Part shown: positions 1 to 8,932 of the stretch, in pieces
Layout: each line of letters starts with the position of its first letter
Position numbering within the stretch: the stretch's first letter is position 1
Source of the DNA: Candidatus Krumholzibacteriia bacterium
GTDB lineage: Bacteria; Krumholzibacteriota; Krumholzibacteriia; Krumholzibacteriales; Krumholzibacteriaceae
NCBI GenBank assembly: GCA_025453655.1
Contig: JALOPX010000006.1
Location: 1 to 46,102 of the forward strand
Length of the DNA: 46,102 nucleotides
Direction: 5' to 3'
Notes under the pieces: model-generated
Told to the model about the DNA's origin: nothing
The model's input: only the letters and a program-made list of their open reading frames with translations
Databases searched by the model: none
Made by a program: the position numbers and the translations under genes

Positions 1-555
1 GAGGTCATCCTGATGGTGAGCGGGCGGGCCTATCTGGACGCGTACGGGGTCTTCCTCGTGCTTTTGCCGGGAGTGCCCATGGCCGCTTTGATCGCGCCTC
101 TTCTATCGGCGATGAAGGGCCTGCATTTCATGAAGTGGGCCGTCTTCTGCGATTTCATATGGATGGCGGTCTACTTCGGAACCTTTTTCTTCCTCGTCGG
201 CCTGTGGGGCGTCCTCGGCATGGCGGCGGCGCAGTTGCTGGCCTCAGCGTTCCAGACGGCGGCTGCGATCGTCCTGTCGAAGCGTGGCGGGTTCTACGGC
301 GGGGCGGGAGCCCGCACCGGGCGCGTCCTCGCCGTGTTCGCCGCCGTTGCCGCGGCGGGAACGGCGGCAGCGATTCACTGGGGCCTCGCCGCGGCCGCGA
401 TACTGGTGGCCGCGTCCCCATTCCTTCTCAGGGCGGTTCTGGTCGGGCTCAGGATCTTCGATGAGGAGGAGGCCCGTCTGATCGCCGCGATGACGCAGAC
501 GAAGGCATTGAGAAAAACGGTTTGCTGGATGATCGGGCACGGGGGCGCGGCATGA
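1..555 (+). CDS. Polysaccharide flippase (MOP/Wzx-like) family membrane protein, C-terminal part (5' truncated by window edge)
   Basis: Frame open from base 1; multiple hydrophobic helices; stop overlaps next ATG (ATGA 552-555); lies directly upstream of glycosyltransferases. Confidence 0.6.
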   Translation, partial: EVILMVSGRAYLDAYGVFLVLLPGVPMAALIAPLLSAMKGLHFMKWAVFCDFIWMAVYFGTFFFLVGLWGVLGMAAAQLLASAFQTAAAIVLSKRGGFYGGAGARTGRVLAVFAAVAAAGTAAAIHWGLAAAAILVAASPFLLRAVLVGLRIFDEEEARLIAAMTQTKALRKTVCWMIGHGGAA

Positions 556-1847
556 ACGGCGGGAAACTGCTCATGATGATCAATTTCTTCCCCCCCGCCG
601 CGGGCGGGGGAGTGTACCGCCCTCTCTCCTTCGTGCGGCACCTTTCGAGCCTCGGATGGCGGATAACGGTGATAACGCCGAGGCCGGGGGAGTTCTGGAT
701 AAACGATCCGGATCTGGAAAGGATGGTCCCCCCGGAAGTGAGGGTGATAAGGACAAGGTCCCTTTCCGGGCAGCGTTTTCTCGGAGGGATGAGGAGGGGG
801 GCGGCCGGCTCGAGGAGATCCTCCCCGCGTTTCGGCGCGCTCAGGAGGCTCGGGGAATTTTTCCTTCTGCCCGACACCTACGTCGGCTGGGCGCCATTCG
901 CCTTCAGGGCCGCCTCGGCCCTCTGCAGAAGCGAAAGGTTCGACGCGATCTATTCGACGAGCCCTCCCGACTCGACGCATATGGCGGCCATGGCTGCGGC
1001 CCGGAGGTTTTCGATTCCCTGGGTCGCCGATTTCAGGGACCCGTGGATATCCCTTTACCTGAGGAAGCCGCCGACGCGGGCGCACGAGTGGCTGCACCGG
1101 CGCATGGAGCGAAGTGTCGCCGCGGCGGACCGCGTCGTGGTGGCCACCTCTTGGCAGAAGTCGGCCATGGAGGAAAGGCATCCGGGATGCCGGGTCGAGC
1201 ACATCCCCAACGGTTTCGACGAGGATGATTTCGACGGGCCCGCGCCCCGCGGGGACGGAGGCTCGATCTTCACCGTCCTTCACTGCGGGATGCTCACCCT
1301 CGGCCGCACATCCGGCTCCTTTCTCCGGGGGCTTTCCCTTCTCGCCGCGAGAAGGCCCGAGCTTCGGGACGGGATCAGGGTCGTCTTTCTCGGCGCGAGG
1401 GAGTCTGCAAACGAGGAGTGGGTGTCGAAGCTCGGCCTCGGAGATATGGTGAGATTCGAGGACGGCATTCCTCACCGCGAGTGCGTCAGGCTCGAGCGGG
1501 AAAGCTCGGCCCTGCTTCTGATAAAGCACGACGACGAAAGGTACGCCGGCTTGATTCCGGGCAAGCTGTTCGAGTACATCGGAGCCAGGAGGCCCGTGAT
1601 GGCGGTTGTCGCAGACGGCGAGGCCGCCGGCATCATAAGGAGGGAGAGGCGCGGCGAGGTCGTTTCGCACGGCGACACGGAGGGAATCGCCTCCGCCATA
1701 GAAAGGATGTACGATCTGCACAGAGAGGGAAGGCTCTCCGAGGCTTATTCCCTGGGCGAACTGCCGGCCTATTCGAGGCGGGAGGCGGCCGCCTCCCTCG
1801 ACCGCCTGCTCCGCGGGATGGCCGGCCCGAAGGAGGGACGCGCATGA
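552..1847 (+). CDS. Glycosyltransferase family 4 (GT-B fold)
   Basis: N-terminal FPPAAGGGVYR, WVADFRDPW, IPNGFD and PGKLFEYIGA motifs typical of GT4; start taken at ATG 552 (ATGA coupling). Confidence 0.9.
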   Translation: MNGGKLLMMINFFPPAAGGGVYRPLSFVRHLSSLGWRITVITPRPGEFWINDPDLERMVPPEVRVIRTRSLSGQRFLGGMRRGAAGSRRSSPRFGALRRLGEFFLLPDTYVGWAPFAFRAASALCRSERFDAIYSTSPPDSTHMAAMAAARRFSIPWVADFRDPWISLYLRKPPTRAHEWLHRRMERSVAAADRVVVATSWQKSAMEERHPGCRVEHIPNGFDEDDFDGPAPRGDGGSIFTVLHCGMLTLGRTSGSFLRGLSLLAARRPELRDGIRVVFLGARESANEEWVSKLGLGDMVRFEDGIPHRECVRLERESSALLLIKHDDERYAGLIPGKLFEYIGARRPVMAVVADGEAAGIIRRERRGEVVSHGDTEGIASAIERMYDLHREGRLSEAYSLGELPAYSRREAAASLDRLLRGMAGPKEGRA

Positions 1848-3394
1848 TCGGGAAAAGACCCCTCTCGAAGGCATTTCCAGGCGGCGGGGCCGACCGGCTC
1901 CTCCTCGCCGCCTGCATGCTCCTTCTTGCGATCCTTCTCCTTCCGCTGAGGGGCGCAAAAACCGACGACACCTATATCCACATGCAATATGCTCGAAACC
2001 TCTCCGAGAGGGGGGAGCTTTCCTTCAACGCCGGGGAGCGGGCCTACGGCGCCACCAGCCCTCTCTGGGTCCTCCTTCTCGCGGCGGCCCGCGCGCTCGG
2101 AGGGGACCTCGCTTCGTGGAGCGGGATACTCTCGAGGTTCTTCGCCTTCGCCTCGGTCCTTCTGGTGTTCCGTCTCGCCCTCTTCGTCGACGGACGCAGG
2201 GCGACGGCTTTCGCCGCCGGGATTCTCATGGCTTCCGAGGCGTGGCTGGTGCGGTGGAGCTCGGTGGGTATGGAGACGTCGCTGGCCGTTTTCATGGTCG
2301 CGGCGGCCCTTCTGACATCCATGAAAGCGGGAAGCTCGCCCGCCCGCTCGGCCCTCTTCGGCCTCGTTCTCTTCCTCGCATGCCTTGCGAGGCCCGAGAC
2401 CCTTCTTCTCGCGGCTCTCGGCCTCTTCTGTTTCCTCGCCGCCGGCGGCGGCATGCCGTTCGGCAGGAGGTTCGGCTGGCTTGTCGTCTTCGCGCCCCTC
2501 TTCGCCGCCTGGCTTTTCCTGATGAAGTCGTACACGGGGACATTCTTCCCGCTGACGGCGGGCGCCAAGCAGGGAGAGATCGCCTTCTCCGGCGCCCTTT
2601 TTTCGAGAGCCCTCGTGCCGGCCCGAATACTGGGGGCGACGGTCGCCCTCCCGATGCTCGCCTTCATCGCCTCCCTCGCGGGGGGCCTTGCCCGGCGCGC
2701 CGGAATTCCCGGCGCCCCGGCCCCGGAGGCGCGCCCCGGGATCCTTCTCGGGAAGCTCTGGATATTCGCCCTCCCCGCCGCGTATGTCATCATGGACTTC
2801 CAGGTCCTCTCCAGATACATGCTCCCCGTCTCGCCCGCCGTGATAGTCTTCGGAGCTGCCGGGGCGGCCCGCCTCGCCGATAAATTTTCCGTTCGCCGGA
2901 ACGCGGCGACGGCGGCGGTCATTATTCTCGCCGCGGCCGGGGCAGTCCAGAACATCGTCTTCTATTCCACCGTGGTCGTCAGGCCGACGATGGAATTCTC
3001 CGAGGGGCTGGAAACAGTGGTGGCGGGGATGGGAAGATGGCTCGCGAAGAACTCGGAGCCGGGCGCCGTGGTCGCCGCTCCCGACATCGGCGCCGTCGGG
3101 TATTTCTCGCGGCGCCGGATACTCGATCTCGGCGGGCTGGTGAGCCCGCGCATCAACGAGATGAGGTCCTCGATGGACGCGGACGAAATAATTACCGAAG
3201 GGCTCTATCTCGAGCTTGGAGCAGATTACCTGATGGACCGGAGCTCCCCCCCGGCGAGATTCGACGGGAGGGTGTTGAAGGGAGTCCGGTTCACGCGGGT
3301 CCTCAGCGGAACCGTTTCCAACCTCGGGATCAGGAAGCGGGAGCCGGTCCTGTACGTCCTGTACAGGCTGTCCAGGGAGGAGGGCGGGCGATGA
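1844..3394 (+). CDS. GT-C-like polytopic membrane glycosyltransferase (DD-motif family)
   Basis: TDDTYIHMQYARNL...FNAGERAYGATSPLW after first TM helix, GMETSL, LARPE, many TM helices, C-terminal DIGAVGYFS...ILDLGGLVSP domain; ATGA overlap with upstream gene. Confidence 0.65.
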   Translation: MIGKRPLSKAFPGGGADRLLLAACMLLLAILLLPLRGAKTDDTYIHMQYARNLSERGELSFNAGERAYGATSPLWVLLLAAARALGGDLASWSGILSRFFAFASVLLVFRLALFVDGRRATAFAAGILMASEAWLVRWSSVGMETSLAVFMVAAALLTSMKAGSSPARSALFGLVLFLACLARPETLLLAALGLFCFLAAGGGMPFGRRFGWLVVFAPLFAAWLFLMKSYTGTFFPLTAGAKQGEIAFSGALFSRALVPARILGATVALPMLAFIASLAGGLARRAGIPGAPAPEARPGILLGKLWIFALPAAYVIMDFQVLSRYMLPVSPAVIVFGAAGAARLADKFSVRRNAATAAVIILAAAGAVQNIVFYSTVVVRPTMEFSEGLETVVAGMGRWLAKNSEPGAVVAAPDIGAVGYFSRRRILDLGGLVSPRINEMRSSMDADEIITEGLYLELGADYLMDRSSPPARFDGRVLKGVRFTRVLSGTVSNLGIRKREPVLYVLYRLSREEGGR

Positions 3395-4191
3395 TGGCCC
3401 GGGAGCCGGTCATCCCCGGCGACATACCTGAAGAGAGCGTGCCGAGCCTTCTTCGCAACTGGTTTCTCGGCTCGAAGGCGAGAAGATACCTCAGCAGGAG
3501 GCGCTTCGTCACGGTGAGCGGCCTCGCGCCCCGGTCGCGCGGAGGCTGGTCCCTCGACGTCGGCTGCGGGTGGGGATACAACCTCTTCCTCATGGGGGAG
3601 AGGGGGTACCGGCCGGTCGGCATCGATATCGTGCAGAACGATTTCACGGCGGCTTCGATGATCGCCCGCGCGAACGGGCGGCAGGCGCTCCTCGCCGGCG
3701 CCGACGTAAGCGCCCTGCCTTTCCCCGACGGCCTTTTCGAGGCCGTGACGGCGGTCGAGACCTACGAGCACATCTTCCATCCGGACCGGGAGGGGGCGGT
3801 TCGCGAGGTCGGGAGGGTCATGACGCCGGGGGGCGTTTTCGTCCTGTCGACGCCCAATTATCATTCCGTCGTCGAGGCCGGCAAGCGGCTTATAATCGGA
3901 TTCCCGGCGCTGCGAAGGCTTTTCCCGCCGATGTGTTATCCCGCAGGCGAGATCTCCAGGAAGGATTACCACCCATACACCTACCACCGGCCCTCCCCCG
4001 AAGGGGAGATAAAGGCCCTTCTCGAGGCGCAGGGATTCGACGTGCTCGAATCGAAGCGGATCATATTCGTCTGGAAATCGATCCCCGACCTTCTCTTCCC
4101 GGCCTTCATCGCGCTGGAGTTCCTCCTCGAGAGGATACCGTTCGTCAGGTCTCTCGGCAGCACCCTCGTGATCCGCTCACGCAGGCGCTGA
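3391..4191 (+). CDS. Class I SAM-dependent methyltransferase
   Basis: LDVGCGWG motif I, ADVSALPFPDGLFEAV, PGGVFVLSTPN; ATGA overlap. Confidence 0.9.
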   Translation: MMAREPVIPGDIPEESVPSLLRNWFLGSKARRYLSRRRFVTVSGLAPRSRGGWSLDVGCGWGYNLFLMGERGYRPVGIDIVQNDFTAASMIARANGRQALLAGADVSALPFPDGLFEAVTAVETYEHIFHPDREGAVREVGRVMTPGGVFVLSTPNYHSVVEAGKRLIIGFPALRRLFPPMCYPAGEISRKDYHPYTYHRPSPEGEIKALLEAQGFDVLESKRIIFVWKSIPDLLFPAFIALEFLLERIPFVRSLGSTLVIRSRRR

Positions 4192-4464
4192 GCCTGACGG
4201 GACGATCGCTCCTCCTTTATCTTCAATGATCACAGGCGACTGCCCGAAAGCGCGGAAACAGCGCCTCCATGGTCGATTCCTGCCGCGCACCTGCCTTTCC
4301 CCGGGCCCTTCCCATGGAGGTCCGGCGGGCACAGAAGGTGGGGAAAAGTGGCGACAATTCATCTTTGACAATCATTTTCATCATTTTTTTGCGTCAACCG
4401 CGTATCTATATTTATATCAACAAGATAAAATATGAAAAAAAGCCCGCAGCCGGCGTATTTTTTC

Positions 4465-4505
4465 TTGACATGTGGTAGGAAGTGGGGTAAAGTGGGGCCC
4501 AATGG
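4465..4505 (+). promoter_or_regulatory. dcw operon sigma-70 promoter overlapped by MraZ-binding direct repeats
   Basis: TTGACA 4465-4470, 17 bp spacer, TAAAGT 4488-4493; GTGG at 4472, 4482, 4492 and ATGG at 4502, all in 10-bp phase, like described MraZ operators. Confidence 0.85.
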
Positions 4506-4603
4506 TAGAAAAGGTGCCCGAAAAGGTGAAGTGATTCTTCGAAGAAAAGCTTCCCGAATGCGGGCGGACAGGTAGCAGGAACGGGCAGAACTGAAAGACA
4601 ACG

Positions 4604-5038
4604 ATGCAGAATTTTCTCGGCGATTTTGAATGCGCGCTCGACTCCAAGGGGAGGCTGATGATTCCCGCCAAATTCAGGCACCTTGTGCCTGAAGGGACGG
4701 GGGGGCTCTACGTCATCACCAGGGGCAAGGAAAACTGCCTCAATCTCTATCCCCTCAACGAGTGGAACGAGGTCGTCGTCGCCAGGCTGCACGAGCTTCC
4801 TCCGGGCCCCGAGAAGAGGCAGTTCATACGCTTCTTCAGCAGGCAGTCGAGGACTCTCAATCTCGACAAGACCGGAAGGATAGCGGTCCCGCCGGGGTTC
4901 CTCGAATTGATCGGCAATCCCAAGCGCGTGGTCGTGGTCGGCGTCCTCAATTACATGGAGATCTGGGCGCCGGAGGACTACGAGAAGATCGGCAGAGAGG
5001 GCGACGACGCCTTCCGGAACGGCAATCTGGAGATATAG
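4604..5038 (+). CDS. mraZ: Division/cell wall cluster transcriptional repressor MraZ
   Basis: FLGDFECALDSKGRLMIPAKFR and LDKTGRIAVP...VGVLNYMEIW duplicated MraZ motifs; first gene of dcw. Confidence 0.97.
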   Translation: MQNFLGDFECALDSKGRLMIPAKFRHLVPEGTGGLYVITRGKENCLNLYPLNEWNEVVVARLHELPPGPEKRQFIRFFSRQSRTLNLDKTGRIAVPPGFLELIGNPKRVVVVGVLNYMEIWAPEDYEKIGREGDDAFRNGNLEI

Positions 5039-5039
5039 G

Positions 5040-5417
5040 GTGAGGATTTATCGAACCGAAATGGACGGAGTGGCCGTCCTCAGGATATCCGGCGTCGTCA
5101 GGCGCGAGGATGCCCTCATGCTGCTTCAGTCCATCGGGCAATCCCCCGCCTCGGTCAGGGGGTCCTTCATCCTCGATTTCCAGGGCGTCGAGCACGTCGA
5201 CTATCACGTCTTCGTGCTGTTCGAGGAATGGTTCTCGTCTTCGCCCGGCGTCGTGATGAGCGGGCTGAGCGACTACCTCCTCGATATCTTCGCCTTCGTC
5301 CAGCGCAGAAACGCGATACCGATCTATCCCGACTGGAGAAAAGCCCTCAACTACCTGGTCGTCCAAAGGGCGAGACTCGGAGAACCCCTGATCGCCGGCA
5401 TGACGGCAGGCAGTTAA
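5040..5417 (+). CDS. STAS-domain (anti-sigma-factor-antagonist-like) protein
   Basis: VAVLRISG, ILDFQGVEHVDY, VMSGLSDYLLDIF, IPIY follow the STAS pattern; GTG start 1 nt after mraZ stop. Confidence 0.75.
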   Translation: MRIYRTEMDGVAVLRISGVVRREDALMLLQSIGQSPASVRGSFILDFQGVEHVDYHVFVLFEEWFSSSPGVVMSGLSDYLLDIFAFVQRRNAIPIYPDWRKALNYLVVQRARLGEPLIAGMTAGS

Positions 5418-5421
5418 AGCG

Positions 5422-6345
5422 GTGACGGAGACGGTGCGGCACGAGCCCGTAATGGTCGAACCAGTGGTCAGGTTTCTCCTGACAGATCCGGAAGGTATTT
5501 ACGTGGACGCGACGTTAGGACTGGGTGGGCACGCGATGAGTCTTCTGGAAACCTCCCCCGCTCTTCGGCTGGTGGGGATCGACAGGGACCGGGCGGCCCT
5601 CGATGAGGCCCGCCGGAGACTGTCGAAATTCGGGGGAAGGGTCTCCTTCATCCACGGCAATTTCAGCGATATAGCCTCCCATCTCGGCGGCAGGCCCTGC
5701 TCGGGCGTCCTTGCCGATCTTGGATTGTCCTCCTTCCAGATTTCGGACCGCTCCAGGGGGTTCAGCTACATGGAGGACGGCCCGCTTGACATGTCGATGG
5801 GAAGCGGCGCGCGCCCGGTGGCGAAGCTCCTCGCGGAGGCCCCCGCCTCGGAGATCGCCGGGATACTGCGCGATTACGGCGAGGAGAAGAAAAGCGGCGC
5901 CATCGCGGCGCTCATCGTCAAGGCGAGGGAAAACGGCGCCCTGACGACGACATCCGAGCTTCGTTCGATCGTCGGGCGGACGGTCCCGGCGAGATTCCTT
6001 ATCGGATCGCTTTCGCGCGTTTTTCAGGCTTTGAGAATCTGGGCCAACGACGAGTTGGAGAACCTCAGGGCCTTCCTGCCCCAGGCGGCCGCGCTCCTGA
6101 CACCGGGCGGCCGCCTGGCGGTTCTGAGCTACCACTCGCTCGAGGACAGGATGGTCAAGAATTACTTCAGGCAGGAGGAAAAGGGATGCATCTGCCCTCC
6201 GGATTTTCCCGAATGCGGATGCGGCAGGGTTTCGACATTGAAGGTCCTGACGAGGCGCCCGGTGCTCGCGGGGCCCGAAGAGGTGGACAATAACCCCAGG
6301 GCAAGGAGCGCGAGGCTCCGTGTCGCAGAAAGGTTGCAGAGATGA
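5422..6345 (+). CDS. rsmH: 16S rRNA m4C1402 methyltransferase RsmH (MraW)
   Basis: HEPVM, VDATLGLGGH, DLGLSSFQ, RGFSY, SYHSLEDR, NPRARSARLR. Confidence 0.98.
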   Translation: MTETVRHEPVMVEPVVRFLLTDPEGIYVDATLGLGGHAMSLLETSPALRLVGIDRDRAALDEARRRLSKFGGRVSFIHGNFSDIASHLGGRPCSGVLADLGLSSFQISDRSRGFSYMEDGPLDMSMGSGARPVAKLLAEAPASEIAGILRDYGEEKKSGAIAALIVKARENGALTTTSELRSIVGRTVPARFLIGSLSRVFQALRIWANDELENLRAFLPQAAALLTPGGRLAVLSYHSLEDRMVKNYFRQEEKGCICPPDFPECGCGRVSTLKVLTRRPVLAGPEEVDNNPRARSARLRVAERLQR

Positions 6346-6767
6346 GGACGCACGCCGATTACATGGACGACGCCGCTATGGTTATCAAGAAAGCGCTCGA
6401 AGGAAGGATAAGCCCGATGAACTTCCTTCTCATAGTCGGATTCTTTTCGAGCCTGGTGCTTCTGTACATATCGCTCCACGTGCATTTTCAGACCCTTTCC
6501 GGGCAGATCAACAGCGGGATGCTGCAGGCCGAGAAGCTCGGCGAGGAAAAGATCCTCCTGACCGCGGAGCTCAACAGGCTGACTTCGCCCGACAGGATCA
6601 TCCCGCTGGTGCAGGAACTGGGGCTCAAGGCGGGCTCGACCGAGGAAGTCACGCGGATCGCCTGCTACGACAACCGCAAACAGTTCAAGAAGGAAGCGGT
6701 CCGCTGGGCGCAGGCCGGCCCTGGCGGGAGCGGCGCATCGACGCCCGGGGGAAAACTGGAGAAATGA
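6342..6767 (+). CDS. ftsL: Cell division protein FtsL
   Basis: Single TM helix, coiled coil ending LTSPDRI, located between rsmH and ftsI. Confidence 0.8.
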   Translation: MRTHADYMDDAAMVIKKALEGRISPMNFLLIVGFFSSLVLLYISLHVHFQTLSGQINSGMLQAEKLGEEKILLTAELNRLTSPDRIIPLVQELGLKAGSTEEVTRIACYDNRKQFKKEAVRWAQAGPGGSGASTPGGKLEK

Positions 6768-8932
6768 TGTCGAGCAGGTTCTCTGAATGGCGGATACGTC
6801 TCGTCTCTGCAATCGTCGCCATAACTGTCTGCGTTCTCGTCTATAGGATAATCCAGGTTCAGATCATTCAGCACAAGGCCTACAAGGCGCTGGCCGAAGA
6901 CCAGCAGACCGAGGAACAAACATGGCCCGCGAGGCGCGGTGCGATTTACGACCGCAACGGGTACCCGCTGGCAGTCTCCCATACGACGTACACGATCGGC
7001 GTCACCCCGAGGGATTTCCCGAAGGACGAGAGCTGCGCGGCGTATCTCGCCGGCGTTGTCGGCAAGAAGACATCCGCGATAAAACGCCTCCTCTCCCGCA
7101 AAGACAGCTACATCCTCCTCGCGAAGGACATCGATCTCACCGCCGAACAGGAGGCGAGGCTGTCCTCCCTGCCCGGGCTGAAACTCGACACCCGTCTGGA
7201 GAGATTGAACCCCATGGGAGCGATGACCCCGGCGTTCGTCGGATCGATCGACCGCGAGGGGAACGGCGTCTCCGGGATCGAACAGGCTTTCCAGAATTAC
7301 CTGAAGGGCGCCGACGGATGGCTGATCGTCAACAGGGACGCGAAATCCGCCGAATTCAGGCTGATCAACTCTCCGGGCAAGGAGCCCGTGGACGGCTGCG
7401 ACGTCTATCTGACCATCGATTCGGGGATACAGTCGATAGTCGATTTCGAGCTCGAACAGGCCGTCGAAAGTTACGGCGCGAAGGGCGGGGCCGCGATAGT
7501 CGTCGACCCCGACTGCGGCGACATACTGGCCATTTCGGAAAAATGCCCCGGCTCGGGAAGCGGGCTGCGCGTGTGGAAGGGGAACAGCGGGCTCTATTCG
7601 ACGACCTGCATGTACGAGCCAGGGTCCACCTTCAAGCTCGTGACCGACGCTTACCTGCTCGAATCGGGCAGGGTCGATCCATACGACGTCTTCTACGGGG
7701 AGAAGGGGAAAGCCGATTTCGATTTCGGCAGATTCACGGACGATCATGAGTTCGAGTGGCTGACCTTCAAGGAATCGTTCACCCGTTCGAGCAATATATG
7801 CACGATCAAGGCGATAATGGACAGCGACAGGAGGGATTTTTACACATTCATGCTGAACATGGGGTTCGGAGGCAGGACGGGAATCGACCTTCCGGCCGAA
7901 TCGAAGGGGATTTTGCGCGATCCTAAGGAATGGTCGGGACGTTCGATGGCCAGCATATCGATCGGGCAGGAGATCGGAGTGACGGCGATGCAGATGGCGA
8001 TGGCTTACGGCGCCCTCGCCAACGGCGGCACCCTGATGACTCCGCGCGTCGCCCTCGAGGTCGCGCGGCCCGGGGAAGGTCCCGTCGTCTCCTATCCGTC
8101 GATCAGGATGAGAAAGGTCTTTTCCGACGAGACGGCGAGGACGATGATCGATTTCTGCAAGGGAGTCGTCAAGGACGGCACCGGCATCAACGCGCAGGTC
8201 GAAGGGATCGAGACGGCGGGCAAGACCGGCACAGCCCAGAAATCGGAGGGGCGCGGGTACGTCGAAGGCAAATACATCGCGAGCTTCATCGGCTTCGCGC
8301 CGGCGGACGCGCCGCAGCTCGTGTGCCTGGTGCTCCTCGACGAGCCCGAACAAAATCACTATTACGGAGGCTCCTCGGCGGCCGTGGTCTTCCGCAGGAT
8401 AATCGAGGGGATCAACCTCTCGACCGACCTCCTGGTGGACCCGCGCTCGAGCGTCATGACCATGGCGGACCCGAAGGCGAACCGGTCGGCCGTACCCAGT
8501 TTCCTCAGGCTCAACCTCTCCGAAGCGGAGATACTTGCCGCCAGGCACGGATTCAGGGTGGACTGCACGATGAGGGATGGAGAGGTGTTCGCCCAGATCC
8601 CGGAGCCCGGAACGTACGCCGACCCCGGGAGCGAGATCAGTCTCGCGCTCCGCTCCTCCCCGCACGACGCCTCGCAGGAGGTCTGCGTGCCCGACCTTCT
8701 CGGGCTGCCGGTCCGCAAGGCGCGAAGGATGCTCATCGAGTGCGGCCTCGCAGGCAAAATCGAGGGGTACGGGCTCGTGGAGAGCCAGGTTCCCGAGCCG
8801 GGCAGCATGGCCGGGCAGGGGACGAACGTCACGCTCTCTTGCAATCCATTGAATTACGAGGACCAGAAAGAGGAACAGAAGCCGGGGGAGAAGCCCGTTT
8901 CGGGCGCAGCGAAGACGGCGGGGGGGCATTGA
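6764..8932 (+). CDS. ftsI: Class B penicillin-binding protein FtsI-like with two C-terminal PASTA domains
   Basis: RRGAIYDRNG, SGIE, EPGSTFK (SxxK), SSN, KTGTAQK; VPSF...QIPEPG and VPDL...SQVPEPG PASTA repeats. Confidence 0.93.
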   Translation: MMSSRFSEWRIRLVSAIVAITVCVLVYRIIQVQIIQHKAYKALAEDQQTEEQTWPARRGAIYDRNGYPLAVSHTTYTIGVTPRDFPKDESCAAYLAGVVGKKTSAIKRLLSRKDSYILLAKDIDLTAEQEARLSSLPGLKLDTRLERLNPMGAMTPAFVGSIDREGNGVSGIEQAFQNYLKGADGWLIVNRDAKSAEFRLINSPGKEPVDGCDVYLTIDSGIQSIVDFELEQAVESYGAKGGAAIVVDPDCGDILAISEKCPGSGSGLRVWKGNSGLYSTTCMYEPGSTFKLVTDAYLLESGRVDPYDVFYGEKGKADFDFGRFTDDHEFEWLTFKESFTRSSNICTIKAIMDSDRRDFYTFMLNMGFGGRTGIDLPAESKGILRDPKEWSGRSMASISIGQEIGVTAMQMAMAYGALANGGTLMTPRVALEVARPGEGPVVSYPSIRMRKVFSDETARTMIDFCKGVVKDGTGINAQVEGIETAGKTGTAQKSEGRGYVEGKYIASFIGFAPADAPQLVCLVLLDEPEQNHYYGGSSAAVVFRRIIEGINLSTDLLVDPRSSVMTMADPKANRSAVPSFLRLNLSEAEILAARHGFRVDCTMRDGEVFAQIPEPGTYADPGSEISLALRSSPHDASQEVCVPDLLGLPVRKARRMLIECGLAGKIEGYGLVESQVPEPGSMAGQGTNVTLSCNPLNYEDQKEEQKPGEKPVSGAAKTAGGH

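Noticed and set aside
4192-4603. Small ORFs in the AT-rich gap before mraZ
   Set aside because: No SD or coding bias; the region is explained by promoter and operator elements
6665-8929. Long antisense and alternate-frame ORFs (also 21105-23024, 24678-27146, 37420-39591, 40443-42989)
   Set aside because: Shadow ORFs expected from high GC3 opposite clearly conserved genes; no recognisable motifs
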